Assembly (NCBI RefSeq): GCF_036321535.1 | Contig: NC_087437.1 | Location: 107,386,001 to 107,450,000, forward strand | DNA from: Camelus dromedarius | Taxonomy: Eukaryota | Direction: 5' to 3' | Length of the DNA stretch: 64,000 bases | In this document: positions 1 through 12,420 of the stretch, piece by piece | How positions within the stretch are numbered: position 1 is the stretch's first letter | How the letters are laid out: every line of letters begins with the position of its first letter | Notes under the pieces: generated by a model | The model's database searches: none | What the model was told of the DNA's origin: nothing | Seen by the model: only the letters and a program-made list of their open reading frames with translations | Translations under genes and position numbers: made by a program

Positions 1-199
1 TTATTTCAATTTTCTCTGGGTATTTTCTGAATTACTGTTTTCTCCCCTTCAATGAATATGCATACATTTGTAATTAGAAAAATGTTTTTAAAAATGTTTG
101 TTCCTTTCGGTCTTTGTTTTAATGGTATCTTCTCATACAGATTTTCCTTTGTATATTATCTAAAATTGTAGCCTAGAGACTGTAAATTTCCCTTTCTTT

Positions 200-388
200 A
201 CGTTATTTTTTATTTTAGCACTTAACACTAACATACATTATATTTATTCAGCACATTTTTGTTTGTTTCCCTTACTAATATATCTGCTTCACGAGAGCCA
301 GGATTATTTCTTATTTTGTTCATTGATGTGTCCCCAGCACCTACACCATATGTGTACTGTATCCAGAGTTCAATACATATTTGTTGAA
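200..388 (+). mobile_element. L2 LINE 3' end remnant
   Basis: Decayed L2 tail 'ttgttcattgatgtgtccccagcaccta...caatacatatttgttgaa'. Boundaries approximate. Confidence 0.7.
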
Positions 389-1684
389 AAAGGATTTACT
401 TTGCTAAATGCACATCTGTGGTATAAGCATAATCTTAAGGCTATTTCTTATGCTGAGCAAGTGAACAGTAAAGAAAATAAAATATTATCCACATGCATAA
501 GAGATTAAAATTCAACACTTTCTAATGGGATTAGCAAAATCATAGGAGGTTCTACACACAGAGGCCTCTGTCCAGTCAATCTGATAGCCATCTAGAAACA
601 CCAATGTGTTTGTTAATGACCTTCAAACTATATGTTTTTGCTAAAGCTGAGAACCTAGGGGTTCCTGTGTACTGGTTTGAGGGTGGCCACCTTTTGGAGG
701 GAGGCAAATGATCTTTACAGAAAATACAAATACTTTTTTTCTTGATGCTGTGGAAAAGCAATTCTAAGAAAAGTTGGCTTTTAAATGTTTGGACAGTCCT
801 TGTGATTCTGGTTCTGCTTACAGAGAGACTAAAAGGGTGGTGGCCTTGTAGCAGTTCCTACAAAAACTGGCTGGTGCCCCAGCTGCTGTTGAGATCCATT
901 GAAACCTGGCAGGAGAACGAAACTTGAGTTCTTTCATCCCCTTTCTTCTTATGCTTGTTTGCTTTGGACCTTTGGACCTCACTCGTTAGTGAGTGTTAAC
1001 AAGGCCTTTTAAAAGGAGCAAGTAGTAAAGGGAAAAATAACAAAAGAGTGAAGGAGAGAAGTCAAACCTGAAGCAGGAGTAGAGTGGAAAGCAAAACAGA
1101 AAGGAGCAGATCCAAAATTTTTCAGTTGATTATCTTCAAATATGGAAGCATATCATGATCTGGTTCCTTACCAAACTGGGGGAACAGCATCTTCCAAAAA
1201 TCCATCATTTCCTTTAAACTCAATTTCCCCCATGTGCAAGTTACTGAAAGTGAAGTCACCATCAGAATAAACACCATACTAAACCAGATTCAATTACAGA
1301 ATAGTAGATTGACCCAGTTGTTGGGAACATTGAGACATCTGGACCACCAACATCCTTGTCAAGTTTATTTCCTTAAAAATAAACAGTTTTGATGTTTGAA
1401 GCACTTGACGTTAGTGACTGAAAAATTGAAAGTAAACACTTGGTTTGTTTTATATGAATATCATTTGAATAAATTTATTAGAAAACTCATGTGCTTTTTT
1501 ACTTTATTGGAAAACTACTTAGTCACCTGAATAATAATTTACTCAATGATATTTGAGTGACTTGAAAGAGGTTAAACAATTATGTAAGTACCTAAATTAA
1601 CCTAGAGAAAAATATCTACACCAGACACTCACAATTATGATGGTACTAAAAGGTTCATTAGAAAGTCATTTAATCCTAACTTAA

Positions 1685-2790
1685 TGATTCATTCAAATCA
1701 AATGAGTGTGATTCACTCAAATCATTTTCTATCAAGCGTGTCCTATGTGCCAAACACCAGTTCTAGGTACTTGAGATATGCATCAGTCAGCTTTTGAGTA
1801 GGAATGTGTTACATCACACACAATCCCTAGTCCTACTGGGTTACAAGAATATTTATGACTTGCACCTGGATCTGTGGAATGTCTGTAGTTCTGCTGGGCT
1901 CTGCTGAGTTAGTCCGAGTTTAGAATTAGGCACGTGTAGGATCCAGGTTCGCATTGCCTACCATTCTAGAAACATACCCCAAAAAGCAGTAGCTGCCACG
2001 GGCATGCTTTTTTCATGGAGGAAAGTCTCTGTTTAAAAACAGGGTTCTGTCATTTCTGCCTACAGTCCATTGACCAGAACAAGTGACACAGCCATATTCA
2101 GCATCAATGGAACAATAAAGTATACTCTTCTCATAGGGGAGGAACACTAAATATTTGCTGAAAAATTGAAAATGAATAAAGAAATCAACCAAAATTATAG
2201 AATGAACAAAGGAGAAAAATATGGCTACATTTATGGCATTTACATTCTTGTGGAGATAGATGATAATAAAATGATATAATACAAATTCATTGGTGTAAGT
2301 TTAGAAGATAACATTTTAAATAAAGTAGTGTAGCTCTTGTTGAAAAGGTGAACTTTGGGTAAAGACTTAAAAGAGTGATGGATTAAGCCATGAGAATATT
2401 TAGAAGAAAATCATTGCAGGCTTAGGGACTAGCCTTTGCTGAAGTCCTAACCAGAGAGTGCTTGGCATGTCAGAGAAAGATCAAGGAACCCAAACTACTG
2501 GAGTGAGATGGACAAGGAGAAGAGAAGTAGTGGATAAAGTCAGAGAAGAATAGAGTGAGGCTCCCTGAGGGACTGATTATGTGGGACTGATTAGGTAAGT
2601 CATAGCCCATAATAAGGACTTTGCCTTTCAATCTAATTGTATTTTGGATCTGCTGAGGGAGCAAATGTAAGCCAGGAGACACCCAATTCAGAATCACCAG
2701 TGTCTAGATGGTGTCTAAAGTCAAGGGATGAGAGACGATCACCAAGGCACTAGCATACATCATGAAAGTAAAGGACAGAGGATTAACATC
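1685..2790 (-). mobile_element. L2 remnant interrupted by an old MaLR (MLT1-type) LTR at about 1778-2170
   Basis: Antisense L2 tail 'attcattcaa...cctatgtgccaaacaccagttctaggtacttgagata'. L2-like sequence resumes near 2195 ('ttacattcttgtggaga', 'tttgggtaaagacttaaaag'). The intervening segment begins 'tgcatcagtcagc' and resembles an MLT1 LTR. Confidence 0.6.
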
Positions 2791-3074
2791 CCCCAAATCA
2801 TGAAAAGTCAATTTCCTATAGACTATTTCCTTACCTCACGCATGCTCAGTGGCAATTAATACATCTACAAAATTGAAGTGGTTTTCCTGCTAAATCACTC
2901 TTCTAATTCAGAAATGGTCTGTCTAGCTGTGAAATCTACCTACCTATTATGATAAATCAGACGTTGTCCCTTCTGATTAATAGAATTATGACTATGGGTT
3001 GCTAAACATTTTGAACCTGACTTGATTTGATGAATTTTTAAAGACATTTATCTGGTATCTCTTTTCATGTTTCC

Positions 3075-3420
3075 CAGAGTGGAGATGGCTTACTTCTATA
3101 TAAGGTAGTCCATGACTTCGACTTTCTTGGCCGTCTCTAATTGTCAAGAAATTCTGCCTTAGAGTTGTCTGCTGTTGCTCTCCCTGTAATTTCCAGTCTT
3201 TTGTTCCAGTCCTGGTCTTAGGAAAGTCACAAGATAGGTCTCCTTATTATTCCACTTGCCAATGGTTCAAATATTTGAAAGAAGCTATCTTTTCCTTAAC
3301 TCCTCCAGGCAAAACATTTCAATATCCTTCACTGTATTGTGTAGTATGGTTAGGGAAGCCTGTACGCTGTCCTGGTCACTCTTTTTCGGGTATTGTCTAG
3401 TTTGTGGGTTGTAATCAAAG
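3075..3420 (-). mobile_element. L3/CR1 LINE ORF2 C-terminal remnant
   Basis: The minus strand near 3250-3295 translates KIASFKYLNHWQVE*, matching the CR1/L3 ORF2 motif D(M)IAVFKYLKGCHVEE. Confidence 0.7.
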
Positions 3421-3451
3421 TGACTTAAAAGAACTTCCTGGGACTATATAT

Positions 3452-3668
3452 TTATTTATATATTTATTGAAGGCTAGTCAGTTTATAATGTTGTGTCAAC
3501 TTCAGGTGTACAGCACAATACTTCAGTCATATAGGAACATACATATATTCCTTTTCATATTGTTTTTCACCATAATTTACTACAAGATATTGAATATGGT
3601 TCCCTGTGCTGTATAGTATAAACTTGTTTTTTATCTATTTTATATATATTAGTTAGTATCTGCAAATC
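3452..3668 (-). mobile_element. 5'-truncated L1 3' end (artiodactyl/camelid-type)
   Basis: 'tttattgaaggctagtcagtttataatgttgtgtcaacttcaggtgtacagcac...gttccctgtgctgtatagt' is a reverse-complement L1 3'UTR with a decayed T-rich tail. Confidence 0.8.
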
Positions 3669-4027
3669 TATCCTTTTAAAATAACTTTGTTTTAAATGAC
3701 CTTACATGCTCCCAAACTCCCTATCTAGTCATCTTAAGACCTTTCTTTTCTTCGTCTTTATGAAAATATGTAAATATCTAAGTGAAGATTCATTTCTGAG
3801 ATGTTTTCTTACATTCTAAGTGAGCTTCCTCTTAATTTGGCCACGGAATCTCCCTACGATTGTTTAATTCTGCAAAGTCTGCCAGAAAACGCAACTTCTT
3901 CCTGGCTATTTGTACGCTCAGGGTTTTCTTATCTCAAAGTTCTTGTCATTTCCACTGCATCAGCCAGATAACTCAATTTTGATAAGAATAAAGTAAAAAA
4001 AAAAAAAAGAAAACTTCTAATAACAAA

Positions 4028-4285
4028 ATAATAGTAATACCATTATGACACTTATCAAATGCTTCCTATGTGTTAGAACTGTTCTGAATGTTTTACATTT
4101 GTGCTTTACTCCTTTAATCATTGCAAACATATTTTCATTTTAAGAATGAAGTAGCAGAAGTACAGAGGTAGGAAACTCGCTCCTTGTTAATTAACTTAAG
4201 TGAAATGGGCAACACCTAGGAAGTGGCCATAGCGGGATTCTACCTCAGGCAATCCGCTTTAGAGAGCACACAATGAACCACTAAG
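4028..4285 (-). mobile_element. MIR SINE
   Basis: 'cttcctatgtgttagaactgttctgaatgttttaca...attttcattttaagaatgaagtagcagaagtacagagg...gggattctacctcaggca' matches the MIR core in antisense. Confidence 0.65.
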
Positions 4286-4329
4286 TAGCTCGTGTGTGGG
4301 TGGAGCTTCCATATCAATTTTATTCAAAA

Positions 4330-4820
4330 TTTAGTGCATATGGATTGAACACTTTTTATGTTTGAGGCGCTGTTCTATTTACTTTGTACTCTATACAACA
4401 TTATGAAAGAATAAAAGGAGGAGATGTTACTGAGTCTGAGGTCTGAGAGTGTAATAATGAAAGTGACATTGCAATGGTCCTTAAAAGGTGAATTTAATTC
4501 CACCACACTAGAGAGGAGTATGTGAATAGGGGACGGTCTATTAGAAAGACATCTGATACAAAGGGAAAGAAAAAGAAGATGCATGAAAGAAAGGAAAGTG
4601 TAATGGAAATAGTGTTCTTGGAGTATAGGATGCCTTTGAGGGTGAAGGAGAAGTAGAGGAGATAAGGTGTTAAAGACAGTTTGCTTGTAAGTCTGTGATC
4701 AGGAATTTGGATTTGTCCTGCAAGCAACAGGGTCATATTTTAATGTTTCAAAGCAGAGGGGAGATCCAAACACCTATAGATTTAGAAAGATACCTCTAGT
4801 AGTGTTATGAAAAATTGTAA
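4330..4820 (-). mobile_element. Old L2 remnant
   Basis: Purine-rich antisense L2-like sequence ('gaaagtgacattgcaatggtccttaaaagg', 'aggaatttggatttgtcctgcaagcaacagg'). Confidence 0.5.
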
Positions 4821-7085
4821 AGATTTGTGGGAAAATTTATAAAGTACTTGTCTTTTTAAAAAAATGTTAATTTCAGGTTTTGGAGAGGAGGCTCTCTTCT
4901 GCCTTTAAACTTAAAAAAGAAACATGTTTTCATCTGTACCACATCCTCAAATCTACCACCTTGTGTGGTGGAACTCAGTGTATATGGACCAGGGAGTTTT
5001 TTGTAGCTACTAATTTACTCTGGCATATGCTGAACTCATTAAATCTGAACCCAATTTCTCAATGCTTTTGCAAATCTCAATAGCTACACAATTATAAATA
5101 CAAGAATATGAGGACAGATAGATATTTGATTAGTAACTACCCAAGTATGAACAATCTCTATAGAGGCTGACCAAATGAAATTCAGCTTCGCTTGAACTTG
5201 AGTTAACTTGAGGTCCTGACTTCTGCAGTTACAGGTGTATCTTCTGCATCTACAGTTCCAATGATGGATCACTTTTCAAGATATTTGAAAACTACTTTTG
5301 TAATCTTACTGTACTATGAAACAGTGGTTAAACATAGTTCTGAAACTGTCACCAAGATGAAACTCTAAAATTAAATCTGTACCTGAGATTAGATTGTGCT
5401 GTCTCTGCAAGTGCTCTCACTGTGCAGTGTGTGGTCTTGATCTCCATCATGGTAGAAGAGACAGAATAAATTGCCCAACCTTCTCCTAATATGAACAAAA
5501 TCTTTACATTTTATAGTCCTTGGGAGTTTATTAAATACTATTTTATATATTACTTTGTATAAGACATGTTTTAACTGTATTAAAGAATATCCCATGAACA
5601 ATCATGTAACTCAAACAGCATTTGAAAAAGAAAGAAAAGCAGTGTAAAGTGAAATTGATCTTGAAGTTCATCTACTCCAAAGTTCCTGTTTTTGGGTGAG
5701 AAGCTGAATTCTAGTGAAGCAAAAACTCACCTAAATTAATCGATGTGTGGAGATTTTCTGTATCCAAGTTCACCACTCTTACCACACACCATACAGTCAC
5801 ATGACAATTTTGTGAAACAGTCAGGCCCCAGGATGAGAGTCTGTATTTTGAGACAAATTTGAGGCTCCTATAAAAATTCATCAACTTTCCTAAGGACAGG
5901 TGACTAATGAGTGGCTCTACTATGGGTATATTTGGAAACCTGAAGATGAGCAGTATTGTCTTAAAATAACTACATATTTTATTAATGAATCAAGCCCTTT
6001 TCAAACAGGATATTACAATTCAAAAGTAAGTAATTTTATTTTCAACAAAAACAATTTTTAATCAATATTCAATAATTCTTAAGCTAGTGACCCATGGCAT
6101 GGCCAGATTAAGCCTAGCGTGCCTTGGCTGGCTTCTTCTTGAACTTCCCCATTGCACCTTCATTAATATATACTCAGAAAATGCACAAGGAAATGATGAA
6201 GTCGAGATTAAATTGGATGTTACCAAAACAAAGTAGTTTTTGTCAACTAAGCATTTTTAGTTCAGTGAAAATTGTATAAAATATTTCAATTAGTTATTTG
6301 ATTTTACTAAGTATAGGTCAAAAAATATAACTGAAGCTTTCTTTGGTGATCAGAGGACTTTATTGTCCTAAAGCTAATTTTTAAAAATGATTTTCTTTCT
6401 ATAGCAATTTCAAGTACAATTGAAGAGATGCAATCCGTTGGAATAAACCCTTAATGTTGACAGTAGAATTGACTTTTGTTTGAAAATCTGCAATGGCATG
6501 TTATATTCTGAAAGACACATTCATAAATATATGTAATATGAATATTAATGAATGAATATACTTTATTTTAATACTGTCTTCTTGAGGTAAAGAAAAAAGA
6601 GAACATGCACTGTTTCCTGTTAAGTGAGTACTGATTAGCTAAGTCAATAATAATTTTATGCTTCTTGGTGGCATAAGCATATGATCAGTTTTTTAGAGTT
6701 AAAGTGGTAGGAACATTATTTTAGTGGTAGATTTTCATAACTTTTGAATAATAGATTAGCAAACATCCCCCAAGAACCAAAAAGAAAAATGAGGAAATAT
6801 AATCCTACACCATTTTACTCAATAATAATGCTTCAACAATATAACTTGAGCTGTATAATTGCTTGTAAAATATTTTCCTATGCTTTCATTTCCATTTCCA
6901 CTTGTTATGCAGATTTTTTATTGTGTATCTAATAAATTTTAGGTGTTGTCATAGGCAGCCAAGACCAAAGATCAATAGGGTATGAGTCTTCCCATTAAGG
7001 AAAACCAGTCTATTAGAGGAGTTAGGTCAAAGCATCAACCATAGAATTAGCCAAGTTCAGTGATTGAGTTAGACAAGTTCTAGAG

Positions 7086-7422
7086 CAATAATATCCAATA
7101 GAAATATAAATTGAGCCAGAAATGTGATCCACATATGTAATTTAAAATTTTCTATCAGCCATGTACAAAGGTAAGAATGAACAGGTAAAGTTTATTTCAA
7201 TGATATATTTCATTTAACCTAATGCAAGCAAAGTATTTTCATTGCTATATGTGATCAACATGAAAAAGGACTCATGAGATATTTTGACTTCTTTTTTTCT
7301 ATTAAGTCTTTGAAATCTGGCATGTATTTTACACTTATACAGTGCATCTCAATTTGGACCAGACAATGTTCAAGTGCTCCATGGCTGTGTGCAAGTAGTG
7401 GCTATCATATTGGGCAGAGCAG
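7086..7422. mobile_element. MER33-like non-autonomous hAT-Charlie DNA transposon
   Basis: Body matches recalled MER33 ('tccaatagaaatata...ccacatatgtaatttaaaattttcta...aagtctttgaaatctggcatgtattttacactta...tattgggcagagcag'). Flanked by the degenerate 8-bp hAT target NTCTAGAN: ttctagag 7078-7085 and atctagac 7423-7430. Confidence 0.85.
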
Positions 7423-8739
7423 ATCTAGACCAATGAAAGGAGTGATTATCCATACTTGAGAAAATCAGGGATACCTCACTGAGGAAGGGGCTTTAGAATC
7501 AAGACAGAGAATGTGTGAAGCCTTGAGAATGGAACAGTGTGAGGACCTTCAACTCATACCTTATGGCTAGTATGAAGGACTAGCAGCAGAAGAGGATGGA
7601 GAAACGAGCAGGGACCAGACTTTGAAGTCTAAATAGCTCCCATCCAATAACTTCTTTACCCTATAAAAAGCCTGTGGTATTAAATCTCAATGACTCAACC
7701 TTAATAGAATAATAAAAAAAAAGTTTAATTAAATTTCTTCTCTGTGCCGGAAAAAAATTCATCAGAATTCATCAGTGAGTAAACATTAATCTTACGAAAA
7801 AAGAACCTATGTCTTCATTTGGAGGCTGTTGCTGAAACCACCAGCCCAGTCTTTCACCCTCCTGGCTGTTTCTTCCTTTGAAAGGCAAATTTGGAAATGA
7901 CTGGGAAACCTACAGGATTAGCTCATGCTTTTCTTGGCCTCTTGAGATTTTTGCTCCTCAGATGCCCACAGTGCATATTTGAATCCTATGCTGGCAGAAG
8001 ATGGTAAAATATTTGGATTCAATGAGAGGAAAGGGGAAAAAAGTGTTGAGAAATATTTGGTGCCTTCAGTTTCCTTTTATATGACGTTCTTTCACACATT
8101 CATTTGTTAGGGCAAAGGATTCCTAATACTGCAGCCACAACCAAAGTCTTCTGACCTTTACTTCACAGGGAGTATTTATTTAAATATAGACTCCTGGGGA
8201 GGGACAGAGTGCCCGAGAGAGAAGTCATTCATTTCCTGGGGGTAACCTACCCTTGTACTTTTCCAGTAGAGGAAATACATAGCGATATTCTATGATCTCT
8301 AGAAACTGTGTCCAGCAAGCTGCATCCAGGAATATCTGCTAAGTTTTGTTTTGTGGGTATTTGGTTTAGTTTTGCTTCCATTTAGTTTTTAAAAGAAAAA
8401 AAAAGTGTCCAATTGAGCAACCTCTCCTGTAAGTCAAAACAATTTTCCCCATCAAAGGAATATGGGAAAATGTCACATGAAAAGTAACTACATCTTTTAT
8501 GCTTATTTTATTTCTTTTGATCCTTTCTTCCCATATTGGATCCAAATTTGAAATACATCTATGTTTATATACATCTACATTTTTTTTTTAACTTGTGAAG
8601 CTGTTAACTGCATATTCACTTTGCTTTCTCTTTAAAAGCTGATTTTCTCCAATGCTCTGTTTGACCGCCATTTCTCTCTCAGCATTTACCCTGACCTGCA
8701 AAGCACACTTCTGTATTTGGCTAACTGTCAGATGGTGTT

Positions 8740-9136
8740 TGTGTTTATTTCCTATTGCCTCTGTAAGAAATCACCACAAATTTGTGGCTTAAAGTAACAT
8801 AAATGTACTATCTCATAGCTCTGGAGGTCAGGCTGGGTGCGCTTACCTCTTCCATGTTCTGGAGGCTTCAAGGTCAGCCAGGTGGGATCTCCAAATCTCT
8901 CTCTTTCTATGATCTCTGCTTCCTTCTTCACAGCTCCTCCTCTGATGCTCCTTTTCTTAGCTTTTCCTGTAAAGGACCCTTGAGATTATATTCTGCCACC
9001 TGGATAATCTAGGATAATCTCATTTTGTGATCCATAAATTAGTCACATCTGCAAAATCTCTTCTTGCCATATAAAGTAATATATTCACATGTTCGAGAGA
9101 CATGGGGGGATGGAGTGTTATCCTGCCAACCTCAGT
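8740..9136 (-). mobile_element. MaLR MLT1-type solo LTR
   Basis: 'ttcctattgcctctgtaagaaatcaccacaaatttgtggcttaaag...cacctggataatctaggataatctc...agtcacatctgcaaaatctc...aaagtaatatattcaca' are MLT1 hallmarks in antisense. Confidence 0.8.
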
Positions 9137-9169
9137 GATGACTTGTGGCCTCTATTCCTAGCCCCTCAG

Positions 9170-9920
9170 CTCCATTAGCTTCCCAACTGCATGTACGGAC
9201 AGAGACATCTCAAACACAGCAGGCTCAAAGACGGATGTTTTTTCTTCTCCCACTAAATTGATGGCTTCGGTTCCATTGGAACACCATTGGTGCATCACTT
9301 AAGCTAGAGAACTAGGGATTGGCCCAACCTGAGTGTTTTCACCATTACTTGTACCAAAGCCAAGATCTGACTATTTTTTTAACTGCTACATATCTCCAAG
9401 GGCATTTATCCTCTGCTTAATTCCTACGACCTCTTTCCCAGTTCAGATCTTGTTTATCATCATCTGAACTGCTATAATAGCTTGTGTTCTCTGTCCCCAA
9501 CCTGTTCCCTCAAATGTACTCCCCAGGGTTCCATGTACAATGAAAAATACATTTCCTACAGTTAAGCCTTTTACTGTCTCACCGCTGCCTATGATCATAC
9601 ACATTCTTTCACGTTGCACATGAGCTTGTCCCTGATTATTTCTTTCGCTGTGTCTTTTACAACTTCCTGTTACACATCACAGGACTCCGCTACTCACTTG
9701 CGGTTCATTTGCTCTCATTCACATTCCTTCAGTCTTGAGTCTTGTGATTCTCCTGACGTGACCCTGGCCAGCCCTGGCTCTGTAACAACATCTCTTGTGC
9801 TGTGTTGTAATCAACTGTGTTTGTGTTTTTCTAAACTGTAAGTTTCTTGAAGACATTTCTTCTTTGATTTTATGTCCCCAGCACTTAGCTGAGTCTTTAG
9901 CCCAACGTGCATTTTCAATG
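9170..9920 (+). mobile_element. L2 remnant
   Basis: Pyrimidine-rich L2 ORF2/3' sequence ('catctcaaacacagcaggctcaaa', 'tgaactgctataatagctt') ending 'tgtccccagcacttagc'. Confidence 0.6.
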
Positions 9921-10989
9921 ATAAAGTCTGTTATTTTGGTTTGGTAAATTCACGACCAAGAGGCTTTTAAACCCTTTCAAATTATAAAAAGGGATTAGTG
10001 TAAATGTTCTGGGAGAGTTAATAATTCATGAGAACTCTGGCCTAATGCATTGCTTGGGGGATGTGGGAAAATTAAAGAGAAATATTAGGTCTTAATAAAG
10101 CAGGAAATTATACTGACTACCTAGAAAGCATGTACGCTTTTGTGAGAAATATATAAACATATTTTAAATAAAATATGTTTGTCCAGAATTTCCATGTGTT
10201 TAAAATACATGCCGTGTTCTTTTCTGTTTCTTCTTCTTTCTCTTTTTTTCTTTCTCCTTTCCTTCTCCTTGCCCCCTGCCACTTTTTTTTTTTTTTAAAT
10301 CTCTCTCTCTTTTCTTTCCTTTTTAAATAATATGCTTGAGAGTTCCCATAGGTCACTGTTCTCATCAATAACTCGTTTTGGGTGGTTTCAGGCATAGGGA
10401 TCTGTATTTAAAAGATCCTCTTACACAATTTCTCATCCTTCTTTCAGCCTCACCCCTGATTTATCCTAACCATGACCTGGATAGCTCTCAACTACAGCTC
10501 TGCTTCCGTCCCTCACATACGTGTTTTTGGTTGTTGTTAAGTGTTAGTTTGGCATATGAAACTCAAATGCTGCTAGTTCACTTTGGAAAATCCGAGATCT
10601 CCTACCAACTTTAACCAGCTGCGTTTTGATAGAGAACCCTTACGATGCCGGAAGCAGTTATTCCTGACATTGGGTTTTCTTCAATGTGATTTCACATAGA
10701 CAGGAAAGAACAAGAGATTATTCACTAGCTAAAATTCTATGAAATATTCTTCACCCTGGCAGGCCCTGCTGTTTGCGCCTATGTGTGTGAACATATGTAC
10801 ACGCATACTTTTGTTTTACCCAAAGCTTCATACGGGAAAATTCTGACAATAGAGACAGAATGAGTGGATATTGGGGCTCCATGTGTAAGAATCCAGTATG
10901 TCCTGTAATATCACTGCATACACTAAAATAAGATGCACCAGATGGCCAATTCTTTACTGTAAATGGCTACTGTGAATACAAAGGACATT

Positions 10990-11414
10990 GGCCTTCCTTA
11001 GCTACCCTCTCTACCAAGCTTCCTATCCTGGGAAGGAGGTAGGTACCATTCTTGATCCCTAGCTGCCAAAGGCTGGCCATTTGACCTTGTGCCTGCCAGT
11101 CAGATGCCCCCCACTGGGAAAACGGCACAAAGACACAGAGGCAGACACATCCATTGAGAAACTGGCAATTGAGAACTCAATGTGCTACAGTGAGTTTCTA
11201 GCGATTGAGGCTTTCTAAGTAGGCAGCTTTTAAGAAAGGATCATGACTATCTTCTCAACCACCCGTCTCTCTTTGCTTCTCTCATTTTCTAAGCCTAGTA
11301 CTCCAGGCTTTCACTCATTTCTGGAGCCAACTGACTGCATCCTTGCCATGGCCTCCTCCTACCAAGTTCACTAGAATTGGTTTGTTTTACTTGCAACCGA
11401 GAATGCTGACTAAT
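10990..11414 (+). mobile_element. Old ERVL/MaLR-class LTR (subfamily uncertain)
   Basis: Ends 'agaattggtttgttttacttgcaaccgagaatgctgactaat', a typical ERVL/MaLR LTR 3' terminus. Confidence 0.55.
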
Positions 11415-11454
11415 TTGGCCAGGAGTCGGGAAGAAAAGAACACTGAGAAAAGGC

Positions 11455-11855
11455 ATCATAGTAAGAGTTACCCTGGAAATGAAGCTTGAGGCAACAATTT
11501 GAGTGGCAGTGGTTTATTTGGAAGGTAACTTCAGGAAGCACTGGTGGGGAAGTAGGAAGTGAGACAGAGAAGGAGGTGATGAGCAGACTACAGCTGAGGG
11601 TAGCTGGACCAGAGAGAAGAGCGCTTCTCCTGAGGAGTTTGGAAACTGAAGTATTTATCCTCAAAGTTCTGTTTGTCACTGACTGAGAGCACTTCCTGGG
11701 GATGATAATTCTTCAACTTTTCCATACTGTCTGGCTCACAAACTGAGAAAAGGTTCTTAGTGTCAGAGCCACAAATACTTAGAGTAGGACACTTTCTGCC
11801 CATGTGGGAAGAGTGAGTCCTGGACTAAGGGTTTACACAGAGAGAGTGCCAACCT
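11455..11855 (-). mobile_element. ERVL LTR (LTR16/LTR33-like), probably the 3' LTR of the ERVL remnant to its right
   Basis: 'tttgagtggcagtggtttatttggaaggtaacttcaggaagcactggtggggaagtaggaagtgagacagagaagg' resembles ERVL LTRs in antisense. The reverse AATAAA is visible as tttatt. Confidence 0.6.
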
Positions 11856-12285
11856 TATGATGGCTTGTGTGATGTGTCAGCTTGACTAGGCTAGTGTTTA
11901 CAGTTATTCAATTCAACACGAATCCAGGGGTTGCTGTGAAGGTGATTTGTAGATATAATTAAAGCTCCTAATAGTGTATCTTTCAGTAAGCAGAAATATC
12001 CTGGATAATAAGAGTGGGACTAAGTCAATTAGCTGTGAAACCTTAAAAAGAGGGCTGATATTTCTCCAAGACAGACAGACGATATTCCTCTCCTAGGCAA
12101 CACCTTAGATCTCTTCCCATGGAGTTCCATCCTGTTTGCTATCTTGCCTTCTTGTGGATGACAGTTTCAGTCTGTACCATGGCTTCAAAGCTTCCTCTCC
12201 CTAACCACTTGCTTTGTGGATTTCAGACTTTGTTAGCCACTTCCCATAACCATGACCTCTATCTCTCTATCTCTCTATCTCTCTC

Positions 12286-12323
<38 letters not shown>

Positions 12324-12420
12324 GTTATCTATTTATCACCTATCTTGTGCACACACACACACACACACACACATCCATCCTCTTCAGGTTCTACACATCT
12401 GGTTGAATTCTGACTTGTAT
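11856..12420 (+). mobile_element. MLT2 (MLT2D-like) ERVL LTR containing a (TCTA)n(CA)n microsatellite
   Basis: 'tgatggcttgtgtgatgtgtcagcttgactaggctag...agttattcaattcaacacgaatccaggggttgctgtgaagg' matches the MLT2 start. The element ends 'tctggttgaattctgact'. Confidence 0.75.
12257..12373. repeat. Compound microsatellite (TCTC/TCTA)n followed by (CA)n
   Basis: Directly visible. Confidence 0.95.

Noticed and set aside
2835..2864. 30-nt minus-strand exon candidate with a strong donor (GAG|gtaagg)
   Set aside because: It has stops in all three frames, and isolated splice-like sites are expected by chance.
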